From positions 1 through 48,898 of IMG/VR virus record IMGVR_UViG_3300031622_000002: a stretch of 48,898 nucleotides of DNA. One strand, written 5' to 3'. Shown here one piece after another: positions 1 through 6,920 of the stretch. Every line of letters starts with the position of its first letter. Position 1 is the first letter of the stretch. The translations under genes and the position numbers were made by a program. The notes below the pieces were generated by a model, which worked only from the letters and a program-made list of their open reading frames with translations, was not told where the DNA came from and did no database searches. The stretch comes from a virus.

Positions 1-127
1 TAATAAGATACAAAGGAGCTTTAGCCGCCCAAGTTACAGCAGAACCACCGTCATCTAGGATAGCTTCAGTAGCGATAATCTGTCCACCACCTGCGGCTGT
101 TCCTAAACTAAAGTCTACGTCATTACC
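1..127. repeat. Exact duplicate of 48772..48898 (contig circular-closure overlap)
   Basis: Read base by base: 1..127 (taataagatacaaaggagc...gtctacgtcattacc) is identical to 48772..48898. A minus-strand reading frame is continuous across the join. Confidence 0.95.
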
Positions 128-361
128 ACTTGTACCACCTGTTACGATGTTTCCGGCAGGGATAGCAATCAAGTTGCGGATAATAGTTCCTGCGGGTTGA
201 GTAAAGCTAACGTCAGTATTAGTGTCATCAGTTACTGCAATTGTTGCTGTGGTTACTGTTACTTCTGCACCTGCTCGTGCTGAAAGTCTACGAACATCTG
301 ATGCTATCGCCGCATCGTTTACGTCTTTGCGAATGTTTACTATGCCTGTTGGGGTTGACAT
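1..361 (-). CDS. 5' part of a 191-aa Gly/Ala/Thr-rich protein that wraps the contig junction (continues at 48771 down to 48557); function unknown
   Basis: ATG at 361..359 preceded by AGGAG (8-nt spacer). Manual translation MSTPTGIVNIRKDVNDAAIASDVRRLSARAGAEVTVTTATIAVTDDTNTDVSFTQPAGT... has no stop down to base 1. It is in frame with ORF 48557..48784 through the 127-bp overlap. Confidence 0.7.
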   Translation of the reverse strand, partial: MSTPTGIVNIRKDVNDAAIASDVRRLSARAGAEVTVTTATIAVTDDTNTDVSFTQPAGTIIRNLIAIPAGNIVTGGTSGNDVDFSLGTAAGGGQIIATEAILDDGGSAVTWAAKAPLYLI

Positions 362-385
362 GAGGGTATCTCCTATTAAATTTAT

Positions 386-2065
386 TTAGTATCCAAATGT
401 TGAGTCCACTGGAGCATAACTTCTTTCTCTGTGGAACTGTCTCATTTGGTTCAATGTGTCGTTTATACGTGGTCTAGACATTATCAGATAACGTAGTGCA
501 TCGTATGCGTGATCTGGTGCATGTGTATCTACGTCTTCTGGGTTGCGTTTATCCAGAGGAATACTTTGTAGTTCGCGTATCAGGTTAGGGCATGTATTAA
601 ATAGTTGTATTCTGGGCCTACCGCTTTGCATGACTTTTAAGTATTCGTGGATTTGAATCTTTCCTTGTATCCTATTCTTATCTGCTCTCCTGAGCTTGTG
701 TCCTGCTCTCTGAAGCGTTTCTCCAATTGTTGGGCCTGTAGTACCTGTTCGGCTCCAACACGCTGTATCAAGCACTCCTTGCACTGAGAAGGGGTCTGGT
801 GCTTCCATCTCAGTTATCATCTCTGCAAGCTCTGTACCTAACAAGCCTTTACGGTACAACTCACGATAGATAATTAAAGTACCATCACTAGGATCAACTG
901 CTCCCCAGATACAAGCACTCTCTGATGCATAACCGTAGTCAATTCCTTTAACCCTTTCCCAATGTACTGGTATTTCAAAAGGCGTAATAACATGTAACTG
1001 CGGAACAAACTCTGTAAAGGCCGCACCTTCTGCAACATCCCAGTTTCCTTCTAGGAGTTGCTGACGCTGTGTAGGCGGTAAAGCCTGTAGCATCTTTTCG
1101 TATCGTCCATCTTTTGCTAGGAAAGGATTATCCTGTAGCCTAGCGGGTATAAACTTCCGTGTTAAGCCATCATGTCCTATGAAAGACTCGTGAGAAGGCG
1201 CAGGATCAATGTAACGCTTCTTTACCCATGTTGCCCCAGAACCGCCGGGATTTGCAGTACAACGCATATATGGCGTTATCTCGCTATCGGTTGTACGTAG
1301 CCGCGAAGCTAGGTAGTTCCAAGCAAACTCTGTAGGCAAATGAGTAATCTCATCAAAACCTATCCAACTATATGCTTGTCCCTGATACCGATATACGTCT
1401 GCATCACGCTCCAAGAATCCAAACTCTATCTTTGCACCGCTTGGAAAGTTCCAAAGCTTCTCCACTTCCTTGTACTTACAGCCGGGAAAAGCTTTGGGGT
1501 ACAACTCTCTACTTTTGTCTATAAGCTCTCGTAATTCTGGCATCGAGCGTCTTATGATTAGACCTCTGTGAGCGGGTCTGTGGGCGTAACGTAATGGGTC
1601 TACTAGCATGGCGTAGGACTTACCGCCTCCTGCCGCACCGCCGTAGAGTACATCTGTCTCTCCTGCGGCTAAGAAGTCTTCTTGTGGGCCTTCGTTGGCC
1701 TTGAAGATAACCTCTTCTTGTGCTTCAGCGGCTAAGGCATTAGGTATGGAGGCTAGTTCTACATCTTCAATGATGGTTGAGCTTCCAGTTCCTTCTAGCT
1801 TGTTAAGAGTCTTTTTGGTTGTGCCGATAGACTTTTTGTAATTCTCAACTTTAGCCTGTGCCGCTTTTAATTTCTTTTGTTTTTCTCTGACGCTTTTCTT
1901 TGCGTCCATCTTTGCTTTAGTTTCTGAGTGGAAAGTGTAACCACGCCCCTTAGACCCTTTAGCTCTACCTGCTTTCTTACGCGGAGTACCGTCGACTTTA
2001 AGTATAAACTCACCGTCGTCATCCTTTGCATAGTTGTCAGGATTAACATCCCAATCATTCTGCAT
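386..2065 (-). CDS. terL: Terminase large subunit
   Basis: 559 aa. Walker A GGAAGGGKSYAML, Walker B-like WIGFDEITH, and a C-terminal nuclease-like region (GIDYGY..DTACW..DHAYDALRY). Carries a Lys-rich N-terminal extension of about 110 aa. Confidence 0.9.
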   Translation of the reverse strand: MQNDWDVNPDNYAKDDDGEFILKVDGTPRKKAGRAKGSKGRGYTFHSETKAKMDAKKSVREKQKKLKAAQAKVENYKKSIGTTKKTLNKLEGTGSSTIIEDVELASIPNALAAEAQEEVIFKANEGPQEDFLAAGETDVLYGGAAGGGKSYAMLVDPLRYAHRPAHRGLIIRRSMPELRELIDKSRELYPKAFPGCKYKEVEKLWNFPSGAKIEFGFLERDADVYRYQGQAYSWIGFDEITHLPTEFAWNYLASRLRTTDSEITPYMRCTANPGGSGATWVKKRYIDPAPSHESFIGHDGLTRKFIPARLQDNPFLAKDGRYEKMLQALPPTQRQQLLEGNWDVAEGAAFTEFVPQLHVITPFEIPVHWERVKGIDYGYASESACIWGAVDPSDGTLIIYRELYRKGLLGTELAEMITEMEAPDPFSVQGVLDTACWSRTGTTGPTIGETLQRAGHKLRRADKNRIQGKIQIHEYLKVMQSGRPRIQLFNTCPNLIRELQSIPLDKRNPEDVDTHAPDHAYDALRYLIMSRPRINDTLNQMRQFHRERSYAPVDSTFGY

Positions 2066-2282
2066 GTTTATCTGCTATCTTCTTTAAGCCCATGTGCGAT
2101 AACTTGCGGCCTGTCATGCTTTCGAGGTACATACTTCCTTCGCGCAAACTCAAAGCCTTGTCCTTAATCATCGGGACTATCTTTTCTAAAGCTTCTAGTT
2201 GCTCAGGTACTGGAGTCAACAACTCTGCGTTAGTCTCACTGAGGGTATAACCAAAAGGAATAGTGCTACTAGACCTCCTCAT
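2055..2282 (-). CDS. Small HTH-like protein within the terminase module
   Basis: 75-aa ORF overlapping both neighbours (14 nt and 11 nt). GAAGG lies 6 nt upstream of the ATG. The C-terminal LSLREGSMYLESMTGRKLSHMGLKKI looks like a helix-turn-helix. Confidence 0.45.
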   Translation of the reverse strand: MRRSSSTIPFGYTLSETNAELLTPVPEQLEALEKIVPMIKDKALSLREGSMYLESMTGRKLSHMGLKKIADKHAE

Positions 2283-2667
2283 AGTTACCTTCTATTACTG
2301 TTTCGTTCTTAGCGGGGAGTATAAATAAACCTCCGGCAGTATTAACGGTCACATCTAGTCTTTCTGTCTTGCCTAAGCCTACACGGTCTAGGATGGTCTG
2401 TGCGGCCTGTATACGCATGTTAGCTTGCGGTATAGGTTCTGCACTGTCCATGATGTGTACGAGCTTTAGAGCGGCTTTAGGGGCGCTCTGCGCTAAGATA
2501 TTTGTAGCTAAGTCTAGTATCTCAGTCTTTAAACTTTTAACAACACTATTAAGGCTTGTGGGTGCATAACCTGCTACTTCTCCTGCAAGCTTTGTATCAC
2601 CATTACAGGTAACTAGGCTATCAAGAAATGTCTGTTGTTTTGTTGTTAGTTCTTTATTATTACTCAT
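2269..2667 (-). CDS. Putative terminase small subunit (HTH type)
   Basis: 132 aa. The N-terminus LTTKQQTFLDSLVTCNGDTKLAGEVAGYAPTS follows the LTxKQxxF..NG..xxAAxxAGY pattern of Terminase_2-type small subunits. First gene of the late arm, upstream of terL. Confidence 0.6.
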   Translation of the reverse strand: MSNNKELTTKQQTFLDSLVTCNGDTKLAGEVAGYAPTSLNSVVKSLKTEILDLATNILAQSAPKAALKLVHIMDSAEPIPQANMRIQAAQTILDRVGLGKTERLDVTVNTAGGLFILPAKNETVIEGNYEEV

Positions 2668-2674
2668 GTACTCT

Positions 2675-2702
2675 ATTATACTGCGATCTGAGCATTTGTC
2701 AA
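2675..2702 (-). promoter_or_regulatory. Consensus sigma70 promoter for the late (terminase/structural) arm
   Basis: The minus strand reads TTGACA (2702..2697), a 16-nt spacer, then TATAAT (2680..2675). Only 7 nt (agagtac) separate the -10 from the ATG at 2667. Confidence 0.75.
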
Positions 2703-2743
2703 GCTTTATTTTGCATTTAGTTAAAATAAATGTAAGAAATAAC

Positions 2744-2772
2744 TTGACAAAATGCCAATATCGCAGTATAAT
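2744..2772 (+). promoter_or_regulatory. Perfect consensus sigma70 promoter facing the early arm
   Basis: TTGACA (2744..2749), a 17-nt spacer, then TATAAT (2767..2772). It shares ATCGCAGTATAATAGA and CTTGACAAA with the opposing promoter. Confidence 0.8.
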
Positions 2773-2846
2773 AGATATTAAGCCCTCGGGGTTATATAGC
2801 CTATATCGCCCCTACTACCTACCTTGTCTACATCCCCCTTTTTAGT

Positions 2847-2895
2847 AGAAAGAAAAAAGAAAAGAAAGAAACTTCCCTTTTGTTTCCTCCCCTCT
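2847..2895 (+). repeat. 25-nt pure purine tract followed by a pyrimidine-rich tract
   Basis: agaaagaaaaaagaaaagaaagaaa (2847..2871) is followed immediately by cttcccttttgtttcctcccctct (2872..2895). Confidence 0.85.
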
Positions 2896-3150
2896 GTAGA
2901 GTCTTTGAAGCCCCGCCGCTATCTGGTATACAACTCAATTAGCCTGTAAAATGTATAGCATTGTGTATATATAGGGGGGAGGGGCCATGGCGACCTGCCC
3001 CGCCTCTAAAGTCTCTACAGTCTCCAAAGCCCTACCACAAAAAACCTCTACAGTCTACAAAGTCTTTGAAGTCTATGCGACTATTCAGTCATAAAAGACT
3101 CTTGCTATCTAGTTGCCAATCCTGTAGAGACTTTAGAGACTGTAGAGACT
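2892..3150. repeat. Cluster of phased short repeats (CTGTAGAG/CTCTACAG, CTCTAAAG/CTTTAGAG; AGTCT/AGACT at 9-nt period) in both orientations
   Basis: CTGTAGAG at 2894, 3122 and 3140; its complement CTCTACAG at 3013 and 3046. AGTCT at 3010/3019 and 3052/3061/3070; AGACT at 3128/3137/3146, each series exactly 9 nt apart. AGTCTTTGAAG at 2900 and 3061. Inverted 17-mer ctctaaagtctctacag (3004..3020) versus ctgtagagactttagag (3122..3138). Confidence 0.9.
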
Positions 3151-3525
3151 AATAGCTTTAAACTATACAGTCCCAACAATTTCAATAGTTTAACTATATA
3201 TCAACCACCACCACAAATAAATAACCTAGAACACTTGACAAACTAAAAAATCTCTGAAACTGATCAGTTTTTAACCAATAAAACTATTGGCACAACCACT
3301 GACATATCCGATCTAAGCTATCTCTAAAGCTCTCTAATCTATTTAAGTTAAACCTATACCGTATGCTATCCAACGCGTAAACCTGTTAGGCGTTAAAATA
3401 CGCGGCTTCTCGACGGTTTCACAATCTTAAAAAACTGCCCAAAAACTACCCGAAAAAAATTGGTGTATAAAAGGTCATAAGACTTTTGATGTTTTTCAGC
3501 GTAAAAATTAATTTACTTGGAAGTG

Positions 3526-3555
3526 TTGTACTCTGTTTTAAAATAGTGTTATGAT
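3526..3555 (+). promoter_or_regulatory. Possible sigma70 promoter (extended -10) in front of the first early gene
   Basis: gtgTTGTAC (3526..3531), an 18-nt spacer, then TGtTATGAT (-10 at 3550..3555). It shares the gtgTTG prefix with the promoters at 6855 and 8791. Confidence 0.4.
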
Positions 3556-3630
3556 CCTGCCAATGGCGAGAAAACGAGAAATTAAACTGTAAATAAGAAT
3601 CATTATCATTAACCAAAAGGAATACAGACA

Positions 3631-3828
3631 ATGCAAAATTTTAAAGCCTTAATTAAATTGGAAGCGATGTTTAAAAACTTATCAGCCTTACGAGATACCC
3701 AAGATTATTATATTGAAACTACCGATGATTGCGATGATGTTATGGATGCAATTATGACAAGGGATGAATTGAACGCTTGTTTACTTGAAATTAAAGAAAT
3801 AAAAACCTTAATATTTGTGGAGAAATAG
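3631..3828 (+). CDS. Hypothetical small acidic early protein (first early gene)
   Basis: 65 aa. AAGGA upstream of the ATG. Contains an acidic patch ETTDDCDDVMDAIMTRDE. Confidence 0.55.
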   Translation: MQNFKALIKLEAMFKNLSALRDTQDYYIETTDDCDDVMDAIMTRDELNACLLEIKEIKTLIFVEK

Positions 3829-3831
3829 ACA

Positions 3832-4053
3832 ATGGAAACTATCACCGTTACAGATTGGACTGGCGAAAATATACTCACTAGAGAAGAGTTCCACGCACGT
3901 TGGGTGGATGCTAGATTCACCGATGTTAAACGCATGGCAGTCTTTGCAAAAGATTTTGATCAAGCAGTATGTGAAGAGATTGACCAGTTGGAAGCGCGCT
4001 TGAATGAGATCAAAAATAAGCTAGTGGACGATAGCTTTAATAATTCACTGTAA
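3832..4053 (+). CDS. Hypothetical early protein
   Basis: 73 aa. GGAGAA lies 8 nt upstream. Begins 4 nt after the previous stop. Confidence 0.55.
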   Translation: METITVTDWTGENILTREEFHARWVDARFTDVKRMAVFAKDFDQAVCEEIDQLEARLNEIKNKLVDDSFNNSL

Positions 4054-4064
4054 GTAAGTTTATC

Positions 4065-4093
4065 AAGCCTATCTAATTGGGTAGGCTTTATTA
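4065..4093 (+). terminator. Putative intrinsic terminator
   Basis: 9-bp stem aagcctatc (4065..4073) / ggtaggctt (4080..4088, one G-U pair), loop taattg, then tttatt. Confidence 0.45.
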
Positions 4094-4115
4094 AATTAAC
4101 TTTTAAAATAGGTAA

Positions 4116-4337
4116 ATGATTATGAAAGCTATCAAACTGAAAGACGTGAAATTGGGCGACTATGTACGCCGTAAGCCTGACTCATTAAAAACATTCACTC
4201 GCGGTGGTTACATACGCGATTTAAACTGGAACACTGGCAAGCCTTACAACCAATATGCGCTTGAAGATACGGACGACATTTGTCGCGAGATATATCTGAA
4301 AGGTTCGACCGTTGTCTATATTGATTTTGAATTTTAA
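4116..4337 (+). CDS. Hypothetical early protein
   Basis: 73 aa (MIMKAIKLKDVKLGDYVRRKP...VVYIDFEF). An alternative ATG lies at 4122. The pattern recalls a small uncharacterised phage/plasmid protein family. Confidence 0.5.
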   Translation: MIMKAIKLKDVKLGDYVRRKPDSLKTFTRGGYIRDLNWNTGKPYNQYALEDTDDICREIYLKGSTVVYIDFEF

Positions 4338-4352
4338 AAGGGGAATTGAATA

Positions 4353-5186
4353 ATGATTACATTAACAGACATACAAACAACCACGCTGATCAATTCAACG
4401 GCCAAACAATGGTGCATTGATAACCTAGAGTACTTGAACAAACCAATGCGCTTTTTTGGTAGCAGTCTTAAGGTTGAGAAAGGTGCGGATAAATACGACA
4501 CTTACGTCATGTATTTACAACCTGCGGATAAGGTAGCCACGGAAACACTATGTAGCTTTGCAGATTTGGCAGGTTGTAAATCTCCATGCCTGATTTCTAG
4601 CGGTCAATTGGGAATGAGTGTCGGACAGAACGCCGCCACGAAAAGGACTGTATTAATGCTTCTAAGGCCATTAAGCTTTAGAGCTACCCTACTAGCTGAA
4701 ATAGACAAGGCGGAGCGTAAGGCGTTAAAAACGGGCATCCCTGCACTATTTAGACTGAATGGCACTAGTGATATAGATTTTTCTGATATCATGGTACAGC
4801 GTCCCGACTCTATGTTTTATGACTATAGCAAAGTCCTAAGTAGGGTACGCAAAAACACACTGCCAAACTTTGATCTTACATTTTCGGGTAGTATGTTTAG
4901 CACTCAAAGCAAAGCGGCGTTACGCAAAGCGGTAAGCGCAAAGTATCGAATAGCGATGGCGTACAATACCAAAGGTTTAGCGGATGATGGGCTACAGATT
5001 AACCACAGTCTTAAATCATTCGACACTACAGACCTGCGCCACTTAGACGGCAACGTGGTCGGAACATTGACGCGCAAAGGTAGCAACAAAAAGGAAAGGG
5101 CTAGAGATAATTTGCAGAGTGAATCGTTTTTTGTTACACTCTCAAACGTGCTAGAATTCAATGACATAATAGCAATAGGAGGATGA
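4353..5186 (+). CDS. Hypothetical protein, possibly GP88-like family (Cys cluster, RLNGTSDI motif)
   Basis: 277 aa. AAGGGG RBS. Motifs VEKGADKYDTYVMYLQPA, CSFADLAGCKSPCLISSGQ and FRLNGTSDIDF resemble my recollection of Pfam GP88 (PF17338). Not searchable here. Confidence 0.6.
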   Translation: MITLTDIQTTTLINSTAKQWCIDNLEYLNKPMRFFGSSLKVEKGADKYDTYVMYLQPADKVATETLCSFADLAGCKSPCLISSGQLGMSVGQNAATKRTVLMLLRPLSFRATLLAEIDKAERKALKTGIPALFRLNGTSDIDFSDIMVQRPDSMFYDYSKVLSRVRKNTLPNFDLTFSGSMFSTQSKAALRKAVSAKYRIAMAYNTKGLADDGLQINHSLKSFDTTDLRHLDGNVVGTLTRKGSNKKERARDNLQSESFFVTLSNVLEFNDIIAIGG

Positions 5187-5187
5187 T

Positions 5188-5370
5188 ATGATTATTTTTG
5201 AGGGTGATTTTGTACGACTATGGCATAATTTCAACGGTTCCAACTACGCATGGTTGCGCGTAGTGAGAATAGAACCCTATGATCTGTGCGTATTGTCTAA
5301 CGGTGCTACGGTCTGCGCGTCCGACCAGTATATATCAGAAGTTAAATCAGCGTTTGAGGTGAGGGCATGA
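5188..5370 (+). CDS. Hypothetical protein
   Basis: 60 aa. AGGAGG RBS. Begins 2 nt after the previous stop. Confidence 0.5.
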   Translation: MIIFEGDFVRLWHNFNGSNYAWLRVVRIEPYDLCVLSNGATVCASDQYISEVKSAFEVRA

Positions 5371-5636
5371 AAGAATACAACGGACATAGAAGTTACAACG
5401 CTTGGAACGTAGCATTATGGTTACACAATGATGAAGATTTATATAATCTTTTTAACTGGATGCCTGAACACTTCTCTTTGAATAAGGCTGTCAGCACGTT
5501 GTTAGCCGCGTTACCTGCAAAGACACCAGACGGTGCAGTATATAACCGACTCAGCGTTAAACTAGCCATACAAGATGAATTTGAAGACAGGTTAGTCAGA
5601 TTTAATGAACTATATTGTATGGAGGTGACGGCATGA
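5367..5636 (+). CDS. Hypothetical protein (NAWNVALWLHNDEDLY motif)
   Basis: 89 aa. ATGA start/stop overlap with the upstream ORF. GAGGTGAGGG RBS. Confidence 0.55.
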   Translation: MKEYNGHRSYNAWNVALWLHNDEDLYNLFNWMPEHFSLNKAVSTLLAALPAKTPDGAVYNRLSVKLAIQDEFEDRLVRFNELYCMEVTA

Positions 5637-5887
5637 ATACATCTATGGAAAAGGCACTAGAAGCAATACACTTTTTGAACTGGGAGGGTGTAGTGGTTGA
5701 TTTAGAGAAAGGTTTAGCGATATGTCGAAGACCGCATGACCCTTTGAGAGATGTGCCGTTGGATAAATCCTACAGTACTAATAGATTATTGCTAGGAGAA
5801 GATGGCAATTACTATCTAGTATCAGGTGTTTATGATATGACACTGGCAGGGGCGCAGGAAAGTTATCTTGAAAGGTTCTTATCATAA
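5633..5887 (+). CDS. Hypothetical protein
   Basis: 84 aa from ATG 5633 (ATGA overlap, GGAGGTG RBS). The ORF-track start at 5615 is less likely. Confidence 0.5.
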   Translation: MNTSMEKALEAIHFLNWEGVVVDLEKGLAICRRPHDPLRDVPLDKSYSTNRLLLGEDGNYYLVSGVYDMTLAGAQESYLERFLS

Positions 5888-5985
5888 TGGTACAATGTAG
5901 CTGTGGCTGTAATGCTACTATAAAAGATCGGGGCGTATATGTGTGCGCTCCGTGTTGGATTAAATTAAACTGGAGATTGAAATGA
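5887..5985 (+). CDS. 32-aa Cys-rich mini-protein (zinc-ribbon-like)
   Basis: MVQCSCGCNATIKDRGVYVCAPCWIKLNWRLK. TAATG overlap upstream and ATGA overlap downstream. Below the ORF-track size cutoff. Confidence 0.45.
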   Translation: MVQCSCGCNATIKDRGVYVCAPCWIKLNWRLK

Positions 5986-6395
5986 AGACTTTGATAAACG
6001 CAGTAGAGGAATGGATTGACTTACGAATTTTTGCTAACAACAAAAACGCAATCTTTGAAGCGAAGTTTAACGAGATGGAGAAGATACATATCCGCGATGC
6101 CAACAGAATCGCAGAGTTAGAGAGGCGTGTTATGATTTTGGATGGAGATAATACTTTCGACGCGGAACGCGCCACTACTATTGAGAGTAGACTCGACGAT
6201 CTTGAATGTATCATGGAGGAAAAAACAGACAGCCATGAGGTTGAGGATATAATTCAAAATGCAGTGGGCGATTTAGACCTGCCAGATTCATATGCAATCG
6301 AAGTTATGATAGATGATGCACTTGAAACCAAGGTCATGGATGCAGTCAAGGCTGAGCTAGATGCAACAGACTTTAAAATAACAGTGGAGCGATAA
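5982..6395 (+). CDS. Hypothetical acidic coiled-coil protein
   Basis: 137 aa, strongly acidic C-terminal half (DSHEVEDIIQNAVGDLDLPDSYAIEVMIDDALE). Confidence 0.6.
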   Translation: MKTLINAVEEWIDLRIFANNKNAIFEAKFNEMEKIHIRDANRIAELERRVMILDGDNTFDAERATTIESRLDDLECIMEEKTDSHEVEDIIQNAVGDLDLPDSYAIEVMIDDALETKVMDAVKAELDATDFKITVER

Positions 6396-6398
6396 GAT

Positions 6399-6629
6399 AT
6401 GAAAGGCATCATAGATACAACCAAACCCATCAATCGTTACAAGGTTCTTATGTCTGAGTTGAATGGTTACTACATAACTATACCGGCTGAGACACCTGAA
6501 CAGGCGATGGAGTACGGTAACAACCCTGTTACTCGTAAACATTATACACCAAGTATGTCAGAGATCACGGTGGTTGAAACCGCTGTGGTATCTGCCGAAC
6601 TAATCGAAAAGGAGAAGGACAATGGATGA
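6399..6629 (+). CDS. Hypothetical protein
   Basis: 76 aa. GGAG RBS. Begins 4 nt after the previous stop. Confidence 0.5.
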   Translation: MKGIIDTTKPINRYKVLMSELNGYYITIPAETPEQAMEYGNNPVTRKHYTPSMSEITVVETAVVSAELIEKEKDNG

Positions 6630-6732
6630 AGAACTACAGTTGATTGAAACGCTGTGTAAACAGTATGGAATTGAGGACGATAAAACTATTGTTGAGGAGG
6701 GCGACTATGCCTTGGAGGTGCATGACCTATAG
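6622..6732 (+). CDS. 36-aa acidic mini-protein
   Basis: MDEELQLIETLCKQYGIEDDKTIVEEGDYALEVHDL. AAGGAGAAGG RBS. 8-nt overlap with the upstream ORF. Confidence 0.35.
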   Translation: MDEELQLIETLCKQYGIEDDKTIVEEGDYALEVHDL

Positions 6733-6854
6733 AGTCTATGTAGTTCTTTATAGTTTATTATAGAAGATGTTCTTGTTTTCTTTCTTCTTATCTTTTAAAC
6801 TATATAGTTGAGTATAGCACAGATCGCTTTGAAAGTCAAGCACTCATTGAGGTG

Positions 6855-6883
6855 TTGACAACAGAAGAGATTTGTGGTACAAT
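6855..6883 (+). promoter_or_regulatory. Sigma70 promoter with extended -10
   Basis: gtgTTGACAac (-35 at 6855..6860), a 17-nt spacer, then TGgTACAAT (-10 at 6878..6883). Sits in a 188-bp gap upstream of 6921. Confidence 0.7.
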
Positions 6884-6920
6884 CTTTTAAATAAATTATA
6901 ACAGGTATAAGGAAAAGAAA

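Noticed and set aside
1340-2167. Short ORFs 1340..1534(+), 1867..2058(-) and 1928..2167(+)
   Set aside because: They are embedded in or antisense to the terminase large-subunit gene, and have no SD and an atypical composition.
2892-3150. Could the short-repeat cluster be a CRISPR array?
   Set aside because: The units are 8-11 nt, overlap each other at a 9-nt period, occur in both orientations and have no unique spacers. This is not CRISPR architecture.
2961-3152. 63-aa plus-strand ORF inside the non-coding hub
   Set aside because: It has a TTG start and no SD. Its sequence is generated by the repeat units (…LKSLQSPK…LQSTKSLKS…CRDFRDCRD). It is most likely a by-product of the repeats.
3231-3270. 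TTGACA at 3234..3239 as another promoter, and the 14-bp palindrome aaactgatcagttt
   Set aside because: No acceptable -10 lies at 16-18 nt (aactga). The palindrome has no loop and no clear T-run context, so it is not called as a promoter or terminator.
3446-3631. 61-aa minus-strand ORF upstream of the first early gene
   Set aside because: It lies opposite the predicted early promoter, has no SD, is AT-rich and has odd composition.
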